From contig CM035351.1 in the NCBI GenBank assembly GCA_020137815.1, positions 6,510,001 through 6,574,000 on the forward strand: DNA of 64,000 nt, read 5' to 3'. The notes beneath the pieces are model-generated. The model worked only from the letters and a program-made list of their open reading frames with translations. It was not told the DNA's origin and did not search any database. The translations under genes were made by a program, and so were the position numbers. Positions 1 through 11,149 of the stretch are shown here, one piece after another (position 1 is the stretch's first letter; each line of letters begins with the position of its first letter). This stretch comes from Hormiphora californensis. Its lineage: Eukaryota; Animalia; Ctenophora.

Positions 1-40
1 TGCCATTACGGTGTTTTTGAATAACGGATCACTAACAAGT

Positions 41-561
41 AACAGAGCAATTTCTATTCATTACTCGTTCGTTACGTGCAGTTCGTTTCACTTTGCTTGT
101 CTCAACACCATATGGCTCTTCCTTCCTAAATGCAACTTAATCCGTCTCCAAATACCCATTTCTAGCACCATGACTCCCAGTTTACAACGGAACTGTCTCT
201 CCGGCCTGGCCTAGTCTCATCACTACATTACAGCTAAAAAACCAAATTTCTTGGCCATATCGACCAACTTTGGAATTTTCGCATTTAATTCATTTGGGAA
301 CTTTGTACTTTGCCTACAGTGTTTGATAAAGAGCACGAACAATCACAGAGCAGAATTTATTCAATTACTCGTTCGTTACGTGCGTTCGTTTCACTTTGCT
401 TTCTCAGACACCAATAAGGGCTCTTCCTCTCACTAAAATGCAACTTAAATCCGTCTCAAATACCCATTTCTAGCACACATGAACTCCCAGTTACCACTGA
501 ACTGTCTCTCGGGCCTGGCCTAGTCTCATCACTAAATTACAGCTACATTCTTGGCCAATAT
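41..561. repeat. Diverged tandem duplication (~220-bp copies at ~41-260 and ~344-561)
   Basis: ATTACTCGTTCGTTACGTGC...CTGGCCTAGTCTCATCACTA...TTCTTGGCCA occurs twice with scattered indels. Confidence 0.75.
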
Positions 562-970
562 TACCCACCGCCCCACCCCCCCCCGCCCTCCCCCACCCAC
601 CTCTCCCAATATAGCGGACATTGCTATACCACCACACTACAGAGACAATCCTTGTGTTTTGGTGCACTAAGTCGCTTATCGCGTGTAACAACTAACAAAT
701 GTTCTTATCTGTCCCATCCGCATAGTATTCTAGAACATTTACAGAATTGGTGCTACATTCAGTCCTACCCTTATCTGTTGTTCAATCGTTTTGTTTATCT
801 TCATCTCCGATCCACTGGAAATGCATTACCTCATCTCATCATCAACAACATCACGGTACCAATCATCCATCAAAATTCTGTAAGTTCACCTGTCCGTATT
901 GTCTGTTCACAGATTGTGTAAAGTTTATATTGTGAATGTAATTTACTATTCAAACGCGGTAAACATCGGG

Positions 971-1124
971 TTCCAGACCCAAACTCAAGAAATTCTCAAA
1001 GGCAAAACGTTACCTGGTTCCAGACAACTAAACTCAAGACACTCTCAAAGGCAAAACGTTACCTTGATCCAGACTAAACCAAACTCAACTCTCTCAAAGG
1101 CAAAACGTTACCTTGTTCCAGACT
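971..1124. repeat. Short tandem repeat, ~3.2 copies of a 47-49 bp unit
   Basis: Unit core TCCAGAC...AAACTCAA...TCTCAAAGGCAAAACGTTACCT repeated three times. Confidence 0.8.
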
Positions 1125-1882
1125 CAGAAGCTGACAGGACATAAACTTGCGTGAGAGTGCCCGAATACAGACCACAAACAGTTAGAATATCAGAGAAATT
1201 TTGTTTGATTTGGTGTAATTTGAGCGTGATATTTAGCTACTATCTTTCATACAGACCACAGACTTTATGACAGGTTGCAACACCGTTCTGTCGTGCGGCA
1301 GAGTTTGGTACGCTATAACCTAGAGCCACACACACACACACACACTGAAATTCACTTAATTCCATTTGCACGTGCTAAATTCTGTTCCTGACAATCTTAA
1401 GACGGTAAGTCGGAAGAACGTGTCCGTTTGTCTCATGAGGCCTCATGAGGCCTCATGAGGCACTCATGAGGCGCCTCATGAGGCCTCATGAGACATTTTC
1501 AGCTGTTTCAGTGCCTCATGAGGCCTCATGAGGCACTGCTCATGAGGCCTCATGAGACATGTGCCTCATCCCAACTTTGTTTGATGTCTCATGAGCCTCA
1601 TGAGCAGTTTTGACATGAGGCATGTCTCATGAGCCTCATGAGGCATGTCCATGATACTTAGAGTTAGTATAGCTATAGGATTAGGGTTAGGGTTAGAGTT
1701 AGACCAGGTTTCGGTTCCAGTTAGAGTACGAACCTAACCACTAAGCCCTAACCACTAAGCCTAGGGGTTAACCCACCAATAGCTAGGCCTGAAGTCTATC
1801 CTAAACCCTAACACTAACCCTAACCTAATCCTATAACAACCGAAAGTTAGGGTTAGGATTAGTGTTTGGGTTAAGGATTAGC

Positions 1883-3016
1883 GGTAAGTCGGAAGAACGT
1901 GTCCGTTTGTCTCATGAGGCCTCATGAGGCGCCTCATGAGACCTCATGAGGCACTCATGAGGCGCCTCATGAGGCCTCATGAACATTTTCAGCTGTTTTA
2001 GTGCCTCATGAGCCTCATGAGACCTCATGAGGCGCCTCATGAGGCACTCATGAGGCCTCATGAGACACTGCTCATGAGGCCTCAGGAGACAATGTGCCTC
2101 ATCACGACTTTGTTTTGATGTCTCATGAGCCGCTCATGAGCAGTTTTGACATGAGGCATGTCTCATGAGGCCTCATGAGACACTGCTCATGAGGCCTCAT
2201 GGACATGTGCCTCATCACGACTTTGTTTTGATGTCTCATGAGGCCTCATGACAGTTTTGACATGAGGCATGTCTCATGAGGCCTCATGAGGCATATCTCA
2301 TGATACCTTAAGTTAGTATAGCTATAGGATTAGGGTTAGGGTTAGGGTTAGGGTTAGAGTTAGGACCGGGTTTCGGTTCCAGTTAGGAGTACGAACCTAA
2401 CCACTAAGCCCTAACCACTAAGCCTAGGGGTTAACCCCAACCAATAGGCGTAGGCCTAGAAGTCTATCCTTAACCCTAACCACTAACCCTAACCTTAATC
2501 CTAATACAACCTAAAGTTAGGGTTAGGATAGTGTTTGGGTTAGGATTGAACCCTAGGCCTTGGACCTAGGTTTATCATATTGTCATAAATTTGGGTTAAC
2601 CCCTAGGCCTAGTGTTGGCTCGTACCCCTAACTGGAACCGAAACCCGGTGCTAACTCTAACCCTAGCCTTAACCCTATGGCTATACTAACTCTAAGGTGT
2701 CATGAGATATGCCTCATGAGGCCTCATGAGACATGCCTCATGCCAAAACTGCTCATGAGCCTCATGAGACATCAAAACAAAGTCGGGATGAGGCACATGT
2801 CTCATGAGGCCTCATGAGCAGTGTCTCATGAGGCCTCATGAGCCTCATGAGTGCCTCATGAGGCGCCTCATGAGTCTCATGAGGCCTCATGAGACACTAA
2901 AACAGCTGAAAATGTCTCATGAGGCCTCATGAGGCGCCTCATGAGTGCCTCATGAGGTCTCATGAGGCGCCTCATGAGGCCTCATGAGACAAACGGACAC
3001 GTTCTTCCGACTTACC
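1883..3016. mobile_element. Nested second copy of the same Merlin-like family
   Basis: Same TIRs (GGTAAGTCGG...CCGACTTACC); 8-bp TSD GGATTAGC at 1875-1882 and 3017-3024. Confidence 0.85.
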
Positions 3017-3254
3017 GGATTAGCCTTGGACCTAGGTTTATCATATTATTATAACAGTTTGTCAGTTTGGGGTTAACCGCTAGGCCTAGTGGTTAGGCTC
3101 GTACCCCTAACTGGAACCGAAACCCGGTGCTAACTTTAACCCAAACCCTAATCCTATAGCTATACTAACTCTAAGGTGTCATGACTCATGGTATATGCCT
3201 CATGAGGCCTCATGAGACATGCCTCATGTCAAAACTGCTCATGAGGCCTCATGA

Positions 3255-3453
3255 TGTGCACCTGTGCACTCTGTTTACATTAGGGCTTGCTTCTTATTAT
3301 ATCTGTATTGTCATATTATCAGTCTCGTCATAAAGTCACATATTCATACGTGCATTCACAGAACAAGCCAGAGTGAGATGGAGTTGAGATATAGAGATAG
3401 AGAGAGATAGAGATGAGATAGAGAGAGAGAGAGTGAGAGAGAGAGAAGTGAGG

Positions 3454-3502
<49 letters not shown>

Positions 3503-6500
3503 AGAGAGGAGGTTGGCAGTTAAGTCGTGGTGAGACGCTACGTCCGGTTTGGAGTGGTCCCTAATAGGCGCAGCTTCGACCAGTTAGCGTGGCAACATGA
3601 ATTAACTGTCAGTCCGTGAGTCTCGCGAGGAGTAGCGCAGAGTTAGAGTGGATGATGAGAGAAGAGAGAGTTGGAAGATTTAGAGTCTGAGAGTTGGAGA
3701 GATTTAGAGAGAGAATGGGTTTGAGATAGAGGGAGACAGAGTGAGAGTGAGACCCTGATATAGAGTGAGAAAATAACAGAGAGAATATTTATCTGTCAGG
3801 ATGAATTTTCCCGATTCAGATGAGATCAGATTGTCACAGTCCTGAATTGCATTGCCGTTAGTGGCCCGTTTAAAATCTGGTAGTCGTACTCGTCAAGAAA
3901 AAAAAACATCATCGTCATGGGCATCGATGCAGATTTACCGGACCCCGTCAACAGGGACAATGGTGACCTTGATGGGACCTGTTAGTGGACCTGTTCTCTG
4001 TGACCTGTTAAGTGTTAGTGGACCTGTTCGCTGTGACCTGTTAGTGGATATGTCGTCTGTGGCCTGGTGGACCTGTTTTCTCTGGTGATGGAACTCTGTT
4101 TGGCTATGGAACCCCTCCTCGATGATGATCCCGTACCACAGACTGTTAACTGAGCGCCTGCTGGACATGTGACGTGAGGTACCTGTTTGTGTAAAATAAA
4201 CTGAGCAAGTTGAACAATTAGAGTGTTGAGCGAGTTGTGTCTCGTGTGAGTAATTTCGAATTATTTGAGTCATGAGAGACTAGGTACTGAGCTTAATTCA
4301 CAGTCATGCCACATCATTACCCGCACATATATTCCTTTTGCCTGAGCACGGGTTTGTCCGGTTTAATATGACCCTGATCCTACCTCATTAGATGTGTGTG
4401 GGGTGAGGCGATATAATATCCGGATACAACCCTGCAACTAGTTTTTGTTCTGTTACTTTTGTTTTTGGTCATATGGACTCAGGTCTATCCGGTTGATATG
4501 ACCCTGCTCCTGTCACATTAGTGTGAGCGTAGTCAGGTGATATCCGGATGTACCTGCCCCTATGTCCCTGTAGAGAATTACCCTTTTAACTTTTTGTCAC
4601 AACCTTAGTTTTGTCTGCCCAGATCAGCTCACCACTGTTTGTTATTTTCTTACGATTAGCTTGCCTTGATGTTCGATGTGTGAGTGTTGTGTGATCTGTA
4701 TGTGCGTGTTTGTGAGTGAGAGTTCACGATGAAATTCGTCCAGCTGAAATGCGAGTAATGTGTGACTGTTATTCGTGAGCGAGTGATAGCTTTTTGAATG
4801 TGAGTTTTATGTGTGCAAGAAAGCCCCGTGTAAGATCGTGTGAGACTTGAGATGTATTGGCTGTGTGTGAATTTTGGTATGTCATAAGGTTGTGACAAGC
4901 ATTTGTTCTTGTCCATTTCTTGTGAGTTGCCAGCCTGTGTTGTGAGTTGTGAGTGTGATTTTGTATAAGTTGGGAGTCTGAGGAATAGTTTATACAGTTT
5001 TGGCTCAGTACTATTTGGCCGCTACACTTTCCTTATACTTTTAGCAGTGCTTATGCTTGTAGTAGTCCCGTCCAGTAGTCTAGTATTTTTGTAAATGTAA
5101 GTCATTGTTAGTTAGTAGGCACGAGAGTAGTGTGATAATTGGCGTGGTGAACTTTAACTCGTCTTGCCGCTGACTGTCAAGGTGCCATACCCGCCCGGAA
5201 CTACGACCTACGGCGAGGCCCGTACTGGTGTGCTTGTGCTCGGTATCCTGACCTTCAGTGGGCGTGTTTTGTGCACCGTCTGTTTATCACTCTGTAGCAT
5301 CCCTGTCTTTGTCATCCCTAGTATGTTTATTGTTTCACCATTTCACTGTATCCCAGTCCCGTGCCGTTTAATTTTAACCTTTTGCAGCAGTGAGGCTTGA
5401 GAGTGTGTGAGATTAGGTGCGGGAAGAACTTAGCAACCGTTAGTCAACACGTTCGACCTACGTTTCGAGTTCATACTTCATATCTGAACCAGACGTGTTT
5501 GTGCGTGGCGTCTTGACTGGCGGAGAGTTGTTCTGTGGTTCTGCCTTGATCACACTCCTCTCCTTTGTCAGTGAGTTTACTGTTTGTCATGTTTCCCCTG
5601 TCCTTTGTCACCTCTAGTAAGTTTCACGTTTTGTTACTATTCTTATTCACTCAGTTATATATTCTCTCGAGAGCTGTGTGTGTTTGTGTGTGAATGGAAG
5701 GCGTAGTTTCAGCTAACGAACTTTGATACGCTTCATGTAGATCAATACAGCAGCAGATCAGATTTCGTTGAGTTAAAACCTGTCCGTGTAACTGGTACAC
5801 GTCATAGTATATATTTGTTGGTGTTAGTTGGCAAGTTTCTGTGTATGTTTTTGCTGTCAAAGAGGTGCTATACGAGGGCTAGCTGCCACGTTCCGTGCAT
5901 CTTTGGTTGTCTTGTTCTGTTTGTGAGTAAGTTTCTGTTTGTGAGTAAGTTTCTTTTTGAAGATTTTGCGAGTTTTGAAGATTTTGCGAGTTTTTGAGGA
6001 TTTTGCGAGTTTTAAGATTTGCGGTTTTGAGATTTGCGATTTTGAAGATTTTGCGAGTTTTGAAGATTTTGCGAGTTTTTGAGGATTTTGCGAGTTTCTG
6101 AAGATTTTGCGAGTTTTTGAGGATTTTGCGAGTTTTGAAGATTTTGCGAGTTTTGAAGATTTTACGAGTTTTTGAAGATTTTGCGAGTTTTAGAGCCGGC
6201 TATTAGGTTATATCTGCAGATTGTTTACATGGTATACCACTGTCTTCCAGTACTGGATTGTCCTGTCGACCCGGGTCCTGCCCTCCTGTTTCATGTTTTA
6301 GGCGCCTGTCTAGTTTTCTATTTTCTGTACTCTTTCTATTTTCTGTACTCTCTTTTGTGTGTTCGTGTGTGTATGTGTATGCTCGAGTGGTTCAGATTTT
6401 CTGGCGTTTGGAAGGTTTGGATATCTTTGGGTATAGGTAATTGCGTCACCTGTGCTGATTGGTATCTGAGTCTTGACGCAAACCATTCGCCACGCAAGAT

Positions 6501-7491
6501 TGTTTTGGCACCACTTAGCATCTCTCTTTTTCTTGTTTCTATATTTATGCTACTTGTACCGTTAGTTTTGCGACTTGTCTAGCGATTTCAAAGCCATGGT
6601 CCCTATGTCAACTCGGATTACTGGTCAGTGCTGGTAGTCATGTGTTAAACAGCTCTACAGGAGGGCGTGTTACTGTTTTGTTTATGTCCTGTTCTTTGAG
6701 TTTGTTTTGTTTATTGTCATGTGCTGTCTTTAGTCTATTCGAGTCGTGTCTATGTTTATGATATTAGTGATATTGCCAACACGACGTGTACCAGTGAGAT
6801 ACTAAACGGAATGAGTGCGTTTGATTAGGATGCTAATTGAATGTGTATTAGTCAAGCAAGTCTTCAATGTGATATTAATAAGTGTGTTCAGTGAGTTCAG
6901 TGAGAAGTGTGTTTAGTGAGTTCAGTGTGATCATGGCAGTGTGTTCAGTGTAATCAGTCTGATAAGTGAGTGTGTCAAGTGAGGTCATAGAAAGAGGGTC
7001 CGACCGAGTTTCTATCTATTATTTACATTTTACAAGTCACCGTTATAGCCTTTTAGCATTATTAGTTTATTATTTATTTATCCATTATCCGCCACTAATG
7101 GTCATTTATCCGTTTTCTAAGTGAGAAAAGAGTACATCTGATTATGAAGATTTGGCCTAGTGATTGGTTTTACGGCACACATATTGAATCTTCATGATTA
7201 TTCGTTCAGAGAAGTGTATGTTTTTGTCTAAGTCACGGTACCACGTACGAACCTTCAGAGGGGAGCAGAGGTGACTCTCACCCCAATGAGGGGGCGTATG
7301 TGCACTGTGCACTCTGTTTACATTAGGGCTTGCTTCTATATATCTGTATTGTCATATTATCAGTCTCGTCATAAGTCACATATTCATACGTGCATTCACA
7401 GAACAAGCCAGAGTGAGATGGAGTGAGATATAGTATAGAGAAGATAGAGATAGATAGAGAGAGAGAGAGTGGAGAGAGAGAGAGTGAAGTG

Positions 7492-7553
<62 letters not shown>

Positions 7554-7997
7554 GGCAGTTAAGTCGTGGTGAGACGCTACGTCCGGTTTGAGTGGTCCCT
7601 AATAGGCGCTCGACCAGTTTAGCGTGGCACACTGAATTAACTGTCAGTCCGTGAGTCTCGCGAGGAGTAGCGCAGAGTTAGTGAGTGATGGAGAAGAGAG
7701 AGTTGGAGAGATTTAGAGTCTGAGAGTTGGAGAGATTTAGAGAGAGAATGGGTTTGAGATAGAGGGAGACAGAGTGAGAGTGAGACCCTGATATAGAGTG
7801 AGAGAATAACAGAGAGAGATAATATTATCTGTCAGGATGAATTTTCCCGAGATTCAGATGAGATCAGATTGTCACAGTCCTGAATTGCATTGCCGTTAGT
7901 GGCCCGTTTAAAATCTGGTAGTCGTACTCGTCAAGAACAAAAAACATCATCGTCATGGGCATCGATGCAGATTTACCGGACCCCGTCAACAGGGACA
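3255..7997 (+). mobile_element. Non-autonomous LTR retrotransposon (gypsy-like, LARD type) with no gag/pol
   Basis: ~700-bp LTRs at 3255-3959 and 7299-7997 (TG...CA, internal (GA)n); 4-bp TSD ATGA at 3251-3254 and 7998-8001; PBS-like TGGTGACCTTGATGGGAC at 3961; purine tract GAGGGGGCG before the 3' LTR; no long ORF inside. Confidence 0.85.
5955..6192. repeat. Minisatellite with an 18-19 bp unit (TTTTGAAGATTTTGCGAG) inside the LTR element
   Basis: About 12-13 tandem copies visible. Confidence 0.9.
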
Positions 7998-8435
7998 ATG
8001 AGACATCAAAACAAAGTCGGGATGAGGCACATGTCTCATGAGGCCTCATGAGCAGTGCCTCATGAGGCCTCATGAGGCCTCATGAGTGCCTCATGAGCGC
8101 CTCATGAGTCTCATGAGCCTCATGAGGCACTGAAACGCTGAAATGTCTCATGAGGCCTCATGAGCCTCATAGCGCCTCATGAGTGCTCATGAGGCCTCAT
8201 GAGGCGCCTGAGGCCTCATGAGACAAACGGACACGTTCTTCCGATTTACCCTTAAGACTTGATCCTAAAAGTATCGGAAAGATAATTTTAAGACCTTTTC
8301 AATGCAATCAAGATCAAGTTTTTATCTTATCAGGAGCCAGAGATATGATCGAAACAAGCGAGAAAAAATTTTCCCACGGTGCGTGGGAAAGTTTTTCGCG
8401 CGCCCCCCGTTCACTTTATTAAAAATCGGACTTTA

Positions 8436-8578
8436 AAGTCGGATTTTTTGAAACTGTCACCCCAAAATGACCGGGCATGTGAAATTTATCAATTTTGACG
8501 CGCACACCATGTGATGTGACGCGCAAAAACATTCCGCGCATGAAAAGGGGGGTGACAGTTTCAAAAAATCCGACTTTA
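8436..8578. mobile_element. Small palindromic MITE
   Basis: TAAAGTCGGATTTTTTGAAACTGTCACCCC ... GGGGTGACAGTTTCAAAAAATCCGACTTTA inverted repeats. Confidence 0.6.
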
Positions 8579-8940
8579 CCCTCCCTCAGGCGCCGTTACG
8601 ATTTGGCATGCGCTGCAGACCCCAAGTGCGCGCGTTTTCCACGGCTTTGAGGGCCTGTAGCATAGGCCAACGTTACGATCTGGGTGTTTGGTGGCCTGTT
8701 TACAGGTGCGCACTGCCAAAAAAGTTGATTCACTAAAATTACTCTAACCGCCAAACCACTCAACCATTTTGGCTAATTCAAAGTTTATCTGGTAGGAAGT
8801 GTCAAGGCCTAACCCCAACCCAAACCCCAGCCCTAACCCTAACCCCACTTTAGCCCTAACCTAAAAAAACCGTTTGTCAGCACTCACGAAACACCCAGAT
8901 TTTAACGCTGGCCCTCAGGGACTGGTTGGGCGCGATTATA

Positions 8941-9177
8941 TAGTCTGATTTTAAATAACTGTCGTTTTTACCGCACTTGATTTTGCTCTATTATGACAAT
9001 ATCTCCAGTTCCTGATAAGATAGAGATTGAAATTTGGAGGTTAGGAAGAACTTAGCATGTTCTTACTTCTTCGCAACCCCCAAGTTTCAAGTCTTTATCT
9101 GATCAGGAACCGGAGTTATTGTAATAATAGAGCAAAATCGAGTGCGGTAAAAACGACAGTTATTTAAAATCAGACTT
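8941..9177. mobile_element. Palindromic MITE inserted at TA
   Basis: ~85-bp imperfect inverted arms (AGTCTGATTTTAAATAACTGTCGTTTTTACCGCAC...); the empty-site version of the flanks, GCGCGATTATAATCTGGGTGCCTTGCAGC, is at ~62829-62857. Confidence 0.7.
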
Positions 9178-9260
9178 TAATCTGGGTGCCTTGCAGCCTG
9201 TTTACAGGTGCGTGCTACCAAAAGAGTATACTTAGACCGACTTTTTTCAAACGGCTATAG

Positions 9261-9449
9261 CCATGGAGGCGAGACACTGTGTTGAGACGCGCACCATTGC
9301 GACGCGCATTTTGGCTTTGCGACGCGCATTTAAGCATTGCGACGCGCAGTGCGCGTCGCAATACAAAAATGCGCGTCGCAAAGCCAAAATGCGCGTCGCA
9401 ATGCGCGTCGCAATGGTGCGCGTCTCAACACAGTGTCTCGCCTCCATGG
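9261..9449. repeat. Near-perfect palindrome or MITE with internal GCGACGCGCA repeats
   Basis: CCATGGAGGCGAGACACTGTGTTGAGACGCGC... is mirrored at the right end; the ORFs on both strands translate almost identically. Confidence 0.8.
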
Positions 9450-10094
9450 AACCACATGGCCGATAACCAAATGCGCTGATGAGTAACACGGAGTTGAGTA
9501 AACTAAACGGTATCAGTTAGAGAATCGATAGCCCTAACCGATAAACCCAAACCAAACCCTAACCAGACCCTAACGGATAGCCCTAACCCGTCGCGCGCGC
9601 CAAAACTACGAATTGTTAGCAATGAAAGGCACCCAGATTTTAACGTTTTCCGTACGGGTTATGGGGGAGTGAACGTGACGTAACAAGATACTCTTCGGGA
9701 TAACAAAATCGAACGTAACGAGATACGAGATACCAGTTGTATTGACGAGTAATTATCATTATTATTAAATCTGTTTACAATAATATGACATTGTCAATAT
9801 TGCCTTGACAATGTCATATTATTGTAAGTAAGAAAAACTCAGACATGTTGAGATTAACCGAACCAAATGCTCTGGACTAATTTATTAACAATTTTTGTAT
9901 TTCGTTTTTAATGTTTTTTGGTGAAATGTTACGAAGTTGCTCCAGTCGTTGCGAGCAATATGTTTAATGACTGTTGATACAAGGACTGTAACCACTTGAG
10001 GAAGTGCTTAAGCATAGCTAGTGCGTTGGCACATTTCCTATGTCAAATTTTGTCACTGTTGAGTGGGATATAAATGTATAATCTTACTTACTTA

Positions 10095-10400
10095 CTTATG
10101 GTTATGTCAACTACGGGGGGCCTCGGAAGGGAGTTTAATAAGACTTTAAAGCAATTGGCAGAGAATAAAGCTACAAAAACAGGATATTCATATGATCCGT
10201 TTATCCGGTACCTTAGGCTAAGGTTGTCGTTTGCTATGGTCCGGTCCGTCACCATTTCCATCAGGGGACACCGTGGACGACTGAGGGCAGAAGACAGCAG
10301 CGGTCGGGATGACAGTATCTACCAAATAGACTAAATAAATCTGTTTTCTGTATAATTTATTGACCCCGTTTGTTTAATTTATTATTGTCATTGTTATTAA
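10095..10400 (+). mobile_element. 3'-terminal fragment of an RLE-type (CRE-like) non-LTR retrotransposon
   Basis: Peptide VMSTTGGLGREFNKTLKQLAE...IRYLRLRLSFAMVRSVTISIRGHR resembles the conserved C-terminus after the restriction-like endonuclease in CRE-clade elements; AATAAA follows the stop. Confidence 0.6.
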
Positions 10401-11149
10401 ATTAATTTGAGATATGTCCTCAGGATGTTGAGACCGCCCGTAGGGGCAGGAAGAAGTTATGACGGAGAAACTCAAGACCTCTGATACAGATGCCGATCCA
10501 CTGGAATGTGTTGATCCCTCGGTGAGGGAACTACTTAGTTATGCAATAAGAGACGTTTTGTTAATCAGGAATGGAACCAAACCGAGTCACCATCAGGTAT
10601 ATGGAGAGCTGCGAATGTTATTCTTGGATTCCCGTCGGGCACTGCCAGTAGACTACGCTACAAGAAATTATAATTGAGATCAATTCATGGCCTTCACCAA
10701 GAACCTCTGCCGTCATATTCTTCTGATAGCGAGGGAAGCTGGACAATGTATGAAAAATAACGATGAAACTGTCCGTATGAAAGAACGTCGGGAACTAGAG
10801 GAGTGTAATCGGAAACTCAAGGAGGTACAAAAAGAGCTTGGCTCATTCAAGGAAGAGGTTGACAAACATCGGGTATCAAGGATCGAGTTACAAGAGAAGC
10901 TGATTGAAGCACAAAAAAGTTTGATTGAAGTACAAGGTCAGAAACTCAATTCGGTGTCGGAGTCTGTTCAGAAGCAATTGCAGGGCTACTCCAAAGTACT
11001 TGTCCAGAACTGCTCAGCGGCTATTGCACCATCCCGCTTCCAAGCAGCATGGAAGAAAGCGTCAGTGCCCCTTCCCACAAGTACAACAGAAGAAGCAACT
11101 CCTGATCGAAAGCTGAATTTGGTTTTGTTTGGGCTACCAGAAACTACTG

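Larger units (their letters stand above)
1404..8250. mobile_element. Non-autonomous Merlin-like DNA transposon (outer copy) with CCTCATGAGG arrays and telomere-like repeats; carries two nested insertions
   Basis: TIR GGTAAGTCGGAAGAACGTGTCCGTTTGTCTCATGAGG at 1404 and its inverse ending ...TTCTTCCGATTTACC at 8250; 8-bp TSD CTTAAGAC at 1396-1403 and 8251-8258; GG termini plus an 8-bp TSD fit Merlin. Confidence 0.8.

Noticed and set aside
971-1124. CRISPR-like repeat/spacer pattern
   Set aside because: The apparent spacers are variants of each other, there are only three units, no cas genes are present and the context is eukaryotic; it is an ordinary tandem repeat.
1670-3160. True telomere or chromosome-end fusion (TTAGGG/CCCTAA in both orientations)
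   Set aside because: The repeats are short, degenerate and internal to TSD-bounded transposon copies.
9247-9489. Short ORFs that read nearly the same on both strands
   Set aside because: Artefact of a DNA palindrome.
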